Origin: an uncultured Planctomycetota bacterium
GTDB taxonomy: Bacteria; Planctomycetota; Planctomycetia; Isosphaerales; Isosphaeraceae
Reading direction: 5' to 3'
DNA length: 64,000 nucleotides
NCBI GenBank assembly: GCA_963823665.1
Contig: CAWGMQ010000005.1
Span: 1,184,001 to 1,248,000, forward strand
Below, piece by piece: positions 62,701 to 64,000 of this stretch (positions within the stretch are counted from its first letter, which is position 1; each line of letters begins with the position of its first letter). The notes under the pieces are model-generated. The model was given only the letters and a program-made list of their open reading frames with translations. It searched no databases and had not been told where the DNA came from. A program made the translations under genes and the position numbers.

Positions 62701-64000
62701 CCCGTCCCTCCGCCCGCGACGATCGTCTGGTCATAGGAGGCTCCGACCGTGCCTCCCGGCAACGGACTGAGGGAAATCGGTGCAGGGACGGTCAGCGCAA
62801 AGACGGTGCCGCCCAGGTCGTCGATCGCGGGACTCGTGTTGTCACCGAATGTGATGGACAAGCTGATGTTGCTCATGTTCGTGCCGCTAACCGGCGAATC
62901 CACTTCCTGGATCGCCGTCGAACCGGATGGCCCGACCTGCACCCACCCCGACCCGGTGTACTCGGCGATCGTCTGCCACTGGCCGTTATCAGTGAAATAC
63001 GAGAGCGCCGCCTGTTGAAGCTGTTGCGTGGGGATTTGTCCCGTGAAGGTAACACTCGCACCCGCCTGGGCGGTGGGATCGATCCCCACGGCCTGCACGT
63101 CAAACGTTGCCGCCGACACCTGGCCGGCCGGATTGGCATTGGGGTCCTGGGTGTAATTCGCCACCGAAAACTGTGCCGCGCCGCTGAACTGGCTACCGGT
63201 CGTCAAGGTTCCGGACACTTGCTGGTTATTTGCAGGATCGTTGGCATTCGCGGTCGCGGTCGCGGTCGGGCCATCGGCGGTTGACGTACTGATGTTGGCG
63301 ATGTCCGTGGAACCCAGGTCGCCAATCAAGCCCTGGATGGTCGAGACAAGCATGTTGTCCGAGTCCGAAGTGAAGTCCGCCGCCGGCGCGGCCTGCGCGG
63401 CAGTGTCGAACGCTTGCAGCTCGCCAAGGGCCTGCGAGTAATTCCCCTGGCCGACGTCGGTGTACGCCATGGAGAGGTCGACGGTTAGGTCGTCCGCTTC
63501 ACCCTGATCGTCGATGAGGTGCGGATAGAGGGCCTGCTCGAGCGTTTGCTGAATGTTAACCGGGCTTGTGGACCCGGACGTGGCAGAGCCCGCTGGCACC
63601 GACGGGTCTATACCCCCTTCCACAAGTGTCGGAACGATAAACTCCATGTAATAGTCGTGGACCTCGCTGTGTCCAAGGCCCAGTGAAGAAAGGTTGTAGA
63701 TGTTCGTCAGCGTGCCGATAGGGTCATCAATCGTGATCTGAGATGGATCGCCGGTGAGATTGAGAGCGTATTCAGTTTTGCTCACCAGTTCCGTGGCTGA
63801 CGAGAGGCTTGTGATCGCGTTTTGCTCGTAGTATTCCTCAACCTGGTTGACTCGGGCCGGAACTTCAATGCTGGGGTCGTGAACCCATAGCTCGAAGAAG
63901 GAGTAGGCAAGGAACAAGAGGGATGACGCCGTGCTGGAATCCGGAATTGTCTGCGCGTTAGCGGGGTGAGGGTCGAGAAAGGTCAGCTTGTAGTAGCCGT
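50730..64000 (-). CDS. Giant adhesin-like protein (>4400 aa, start outside the window): Ig/invasin-like domains, DUF5650-like repeats, beta-helix, 27 IPT/TIG repeats, C-terminal Ig-like module
   Basis: The frame stays open to the window edge (GYYKLTFLDPHP...). Three DNGNGTYTA.F invasin-like units, about ten VTALTNGNYVV.SP.W...GAVTWGNG units, and IPT units at an exact 255-bp period from about 51460 to 58345. Confidence 0.93.
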   Translation of the reverse strand, partial: GYYKLTFLDPHPANAQTIPDSSTASSLLFLAYSFFELWVHDPSIEVPARVNQVEEYYEQNAITSLSSATELVSKTEYALNLTGDPSQITIDDPIGTLTNIYNLSSLGLGHSEVHDYYMEFIVPTLVEGGIDPSVPAGSATSGSTSPVNIQQTLEQALYPHLIDDQGEADDLTVDLSMAYTDVGQGNYSQALGELQAFDTAAQAAPAADFTSDSDNMLVSTIQGLIGDLGSTDIANISTSTADGPTATATANANDPANNQQVSGTLTTGSQFSGAAQFSVANYTQDPNANPAGQVSAATFDVQAVGIDPTAQAGASVTFTGQIPTQQLQQAALSYFTDNGQWQTIAEYTGSGWVQVGPSGSTAIQEVDSPVSGTNMSNISLSITFGDNTSPAIDDLGGTVFALTVPAPISLSPLPGGTVGASYDQTIVAGGGTGNKSLVVTGVSGSIAGLPIPTGGTNSLSISGTPTAAGTVSFTVQATDSTGLEYSQKYTLTVSTADPSRSKISLTPSTIVAGATATVTLTAVDTSGLPATAGGLSVQFGLGTGSGAGTFSSVSDNGNGTYTAVFTGVTAGSNTITATINGQPVTTQAPTIAVTPGPADLTQSTISATAAALPVGGTTTVTLTARDADGNQESTGDLPVTFGVTSAVGTFGPVTDNDNGTYTAIFTASSAGSATFTATINGQQVASPPTGIVVVPLSLAFSTVTVMPPTIEAGAAAPVTLTAVDTDDSQETTGGLTVVFTLGSGTGTGTFGPVTDNGNGTYSATFTAATDGTNTISATMDGFAITTAAPITVTGGSYLEVASNPTSQVVSAGNPVALVAAASGSPAPTVQWQVSTDGGNTFSNLAGATSTTLTFNTTAAENGNEYQAVFTNSFGTATTAPAMLTVNATPGGLVISATSGVFPQFSLAPPPQVPSGGFSGQAVTLSNGNIVMTVSGGVGAVCLYNGETGALISTLLGASSVTALTNGNFVAVGSNSATWCSGTTGLDGTVSASNSLIAGGAQVIPQITPLTNGNYVIDWEAWNGGTGAVTWGNGTTGTIGTVSAVNSLIGDNFGDYVGGRPGYGGGVTALPDGNYVVGSPNWNITQGAVTWGNGTTGATGTVSADNSLVGTQNDDEYNCYLGSDLVVLANGDYVVYDSSWNNREGEATWGNEATGISGVISAANSLIGSTPGVVGVSNGDNVGVAVVPLANGNYVVGSPAWNNDAGAVTWGNGTTGVSGIISASNSLIGPSGAAIGSNNGYFSGNLVTALTNGNYVVASPDWDGYVGAVTWGNGTTGTTGTVSAGNSLVGSNNPENWADRIGISGVTALANGNYVVSSPLWNYQEGAVTWGNGTTGTTGVVSAGNSLVGSQRTGGFYDSVGGGVYLDPSHNDLGTGGVTALTNGNYVVDSPDWDGDTGAVTWGSGETGTSGIVASTNSLVGSYSEDYVGVQGVTVLSNGNYVVDSSLWNNSEGAVTWANGMQGITGAISASNSLVGSLPGDQVGGGIWNRFGDGYTFTGGVSSLSDGNYVVLSPFWNNDGAAATWGNGTQGTSGILSSGNSLTGFPEGNGGTDGVFSVTLLPNSNYLVNSIPPDPTATQGNFVTWVDGATGSTIDGNNTPEAQNSFGFGGVAPIPSAGSFIYFGGGSSSPAMMITDPNDLTYGLGLGRTITVAPSFLTGDLDAGTDVTIQSNDDITIDSPINESPTGSAGSLTLEAGRSILVNASIKTASGNLSLIANDSLADGVVNSERDPGNADITMTSGANLDTGSGLLTVDLEYSTDKTNNGRGSIILLGVNANAFTFPAGSTLAVSINGTTPGDGITAGTYSQLDVSGSINLNNATLQVAESTAVAAGSALTIVQGGSGVSGTFNGLPPGSVVVANDGSEYTISYRADNGLAVVLTALGIKSPPPTVTSVSPAAGPTAGGMLETITGSGFTDVTAVDFGTTAAADVTVVNSTTIMAYDPPGTGVVNVIVTTPVGTTATSAADQFTYVVAPTVTGLSATGGPAAGGTLVTITGTNFIGATAVGFGNLASTDFTVLSSTTITADSPAGTGLVNVVVTTSGGTSATSSADQFTYIAAPVVTGVSPTSGPGAGGTLVTITGTNFTGATAVAFGTAAATDISVVNSTTIMADDPAGTGVVNVTVTTPGGTSATSSADQFTYIAAPAVTDVSPTSGPLAGGTLVKITGTSFTGATAVDFGTAAATEVTLVNSTTITADSPAGSGVVDVRVTTPGGTSATSSADQFTYVVAPTVSGLSPGSGPTAGDSLVTVTGTNFTGATAVDFGAKAATNITLVNSTTITADSPAGSGVVDVTVTTPGGTSATSSADQFTYVVAPAVTSLSPTSGPTNGGTLVTITGTNLTGATAVGFGTTSATNITVVSSTTITADSPAGTGIVDFTVTTPGGRSATSSADQFTYVAAPAVSDLSPTSGPLAGGTLVTITGTNFTGATAVDFGATAATDVTVVNSATITADSPAGTGTVNVTVTTAGGTSAISASDQFTYLVVPAVTGLSPASGPAAGGTSVTITGTGFTVGSIVDFATTAATDVAVVNSTTITADSPAGSGVVNVTVTTAGGTSAASAADQFTYIAAPAVTGLSPSTGPVAGGTSVTVTGTNFTGATAVDFGTAAAADVVVVNSTTITADNPAGAGVVNVTVTTAGGTSATSAADQFTYLAAPAVTGLSPTSGPSAGGTLVTITGTSFTGATTVDFGTSAATNITVVNNTTITADSPAGSGVVNVAVTTPFGTSATSAADQFSYVVAPTVTGLSPTSGPVAGGTLVTITGTSFTGATAVDFGTMAATNIAVVSSTTITADSPAGTGLVNVVVTTSGGTSATSSADQFTYIAAPVVTGVSPTSGPGAGGTLVTITGTNFTGATAVAFGTAAATDISVVNSTTIMADDPAGTGVVNVTVTTPGGTSATSSADQFTYIAAPAVTDVSPTSGPLAGGTLVKITGTSFTGATAVDFGTAAATEVTLVNSTTITADSPAGSGVVDVRVTTPGGTSATSSADQFTYVVAPTVSGLSPGSGPTAGDSLVTVTGTNFTGATAVDFGAKAATNITLVNSTTITADSPAGSGVVDVTVTTPGGTSATSSADQFTYVVAPAVTSLSPTSGPTNGGTLVTITGTNLTGATAVGFGTTSATNITVVSSTTITADSPAGTGIVDFTVTTPGGRSATSSADQFTYVAAPAVSDLSPTSGPLAGGTLVTITGTNFTGATAVDFGATAATDVTVVNSATITADSPAGTGTVNVTVTTAGGTSAISASDQFTYLVVPAVTGLSPASGPAAGGTSVTITGTGFTVGSIVDFATTAATDVAVVNSTTITADSPAGSGVVNVTVTTAGGTSAASAADQFTYIAAPAVTGLSPSTGPVAGGTSVTVTGTNFTGATAVDFGTAAAADVVVVNSTTITADNPAGAGVVNVTVTTAGGTSATSAADQFTYLAAPAVTGLSPTSGPSAGGTLVTITGTSFTGATTVDFGTSAATNITVVNNTTITADSPAGSGVVNVAVTTPFGTSATSAADQFSYVVAPTVTGLSPTSGPVAGGTLVTITGTSFTGATAVDFGTMAATNIAVVSSTTITADSPARTGTVDVTVTTPGGKSGNSSADKFTYIAAPAVSELSPTSGPAAGGTLVTITGTNLAGATAVDFGTAAATNITVVNSTTITADSPAGSGVVDVTVATPGVTSAKSSADEFTYVVAPAVTGLSPTSGPAAGGSLVTITGANLTGPTAVDFGTTAATNITVVSSTTITADSPAGAGIVDVTVNTPAGRSATSSADQFTYVPGPAVSDLSPTSGPLAGGTLVTITGTNLAGATAVDFGATAATNITVVSSTTITADSPAGTGTVNVTVTTTGGTSATSAADQFTYFAAPTVSGLSPASGPVTGGTLVTVTGASFTGATEVDFGTTAATDVTVVNSTTITADSPAGSGVVNVSVTTPGGKSAASAADQFTYIAAPGVTGLSPTTGPAAGGTLVTISGANFTGATAVDFGTTAATNIKVVNSATITADSSAGTGIVDVTVTTPGGSSVTSVADRFTYIAAPVVSGLSPGSGPTGGAMLVTITGANFTGATSVDFGAAAATDVTVVNSDAITAVSPTGSGVVSVTVTTPGGTSASSAASQFAYVAVSAVTGLSPTSGSAAGGTLVTITGTGFTGATAIEFGTAAATNIAVLSSTTITADSPAGTGGVNVTVTTPGGESADSAAGRFTYVGQAANLSSVSGVGTSGGTATLSSTLTASDLPLAGRTVIFTLNEAGTVMTVGSATTDANGVATLTGVSLAGIKAGAYPGAVGATFAGDSTYSGSMASGTLTVNPLAPPVIVGEKALFNRKTNKKGRPIGKPVLDGFVLDFSGPLNPTSATTRANYQLDTVTTKRVKKQTQRVLHPITSFSVAYSAANDSVTLTFAGKQTFRTGGQLTVVSRPPGGVTGESGATLAENSVFNISARGKKISPT
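53326..57946. repeat. Near-perfect tandem duplication with 2295-bp period (9 IPT units)
   Basis: Identical antisense ORFs offset by 2295 (53524/55819, 54289/56584, 55309/57604). Visible difference: gccgccgtg at about 55417 vs gctgcggtg at about 57712. Confidence 0.92.

Noticed and set aside
50998..63441. Dozens of plus-strand ORFs of 70-400 aa (also 10795-13477)
   Set aside because: Antisense shadows of the repetitive, high-GC minus-strand adhesin genes, with the same 255/261-bp period.
1..64000. tRNA, rRNA, transposase, integrase or phage genes
   Set aside because: None recognised in the sequence or ORF track.

Overview
High-GC window that is almost certainly from a Planctomycete (Isosphaeraceae-like). 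This is inferred from the planctomycete-type ECF sigma factor/Ser-Thr kinase pair, DUF1559, DUF4058 and Uma2 genes, and several exported proteins with an N-terminal RR..LExR.LL (LEPR-XLL/Planc_extracel-like) motif. The window is dominated by cell-envelope genes. These include two IPT/TIG-repeat adhesins (one >4400 aa, running off the right edge, with a near-perfect 2295-bp internal tandem duplication), a Phi-1/EXORDIUM-like surface protein, a subtilase, a SPINDLY/OGT-type glycosyltransferase, a TPR-sulfotransferase and a copper oxidase/TolC pair. The strongest signal is a complete D-alanylation operon, dltD-dltX-dltA-dltB-dltC, in a lineage without teichoic acids. It includes a 58-aa dltX missed by the ORF track and is flanked divergently by an exported serine hydrolase of the fold used by D-alanyl esterases (DltE/FmtA). 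Other highlights are a candidate structured RNA/attenuator upstream of csrA, a diverged duplicate of the DNA-ligase 5' end bracketing a ~9-kb block, a sigma2-kinase deletion fusion and a DUF308-LRAT fusion. About ten single-base frameshifts, several in short homopolymers, suggest long-read consensus errors, so split genes should not be assumed to be pseudogenes. All family calls come from motif recognition by eye, without database searches.
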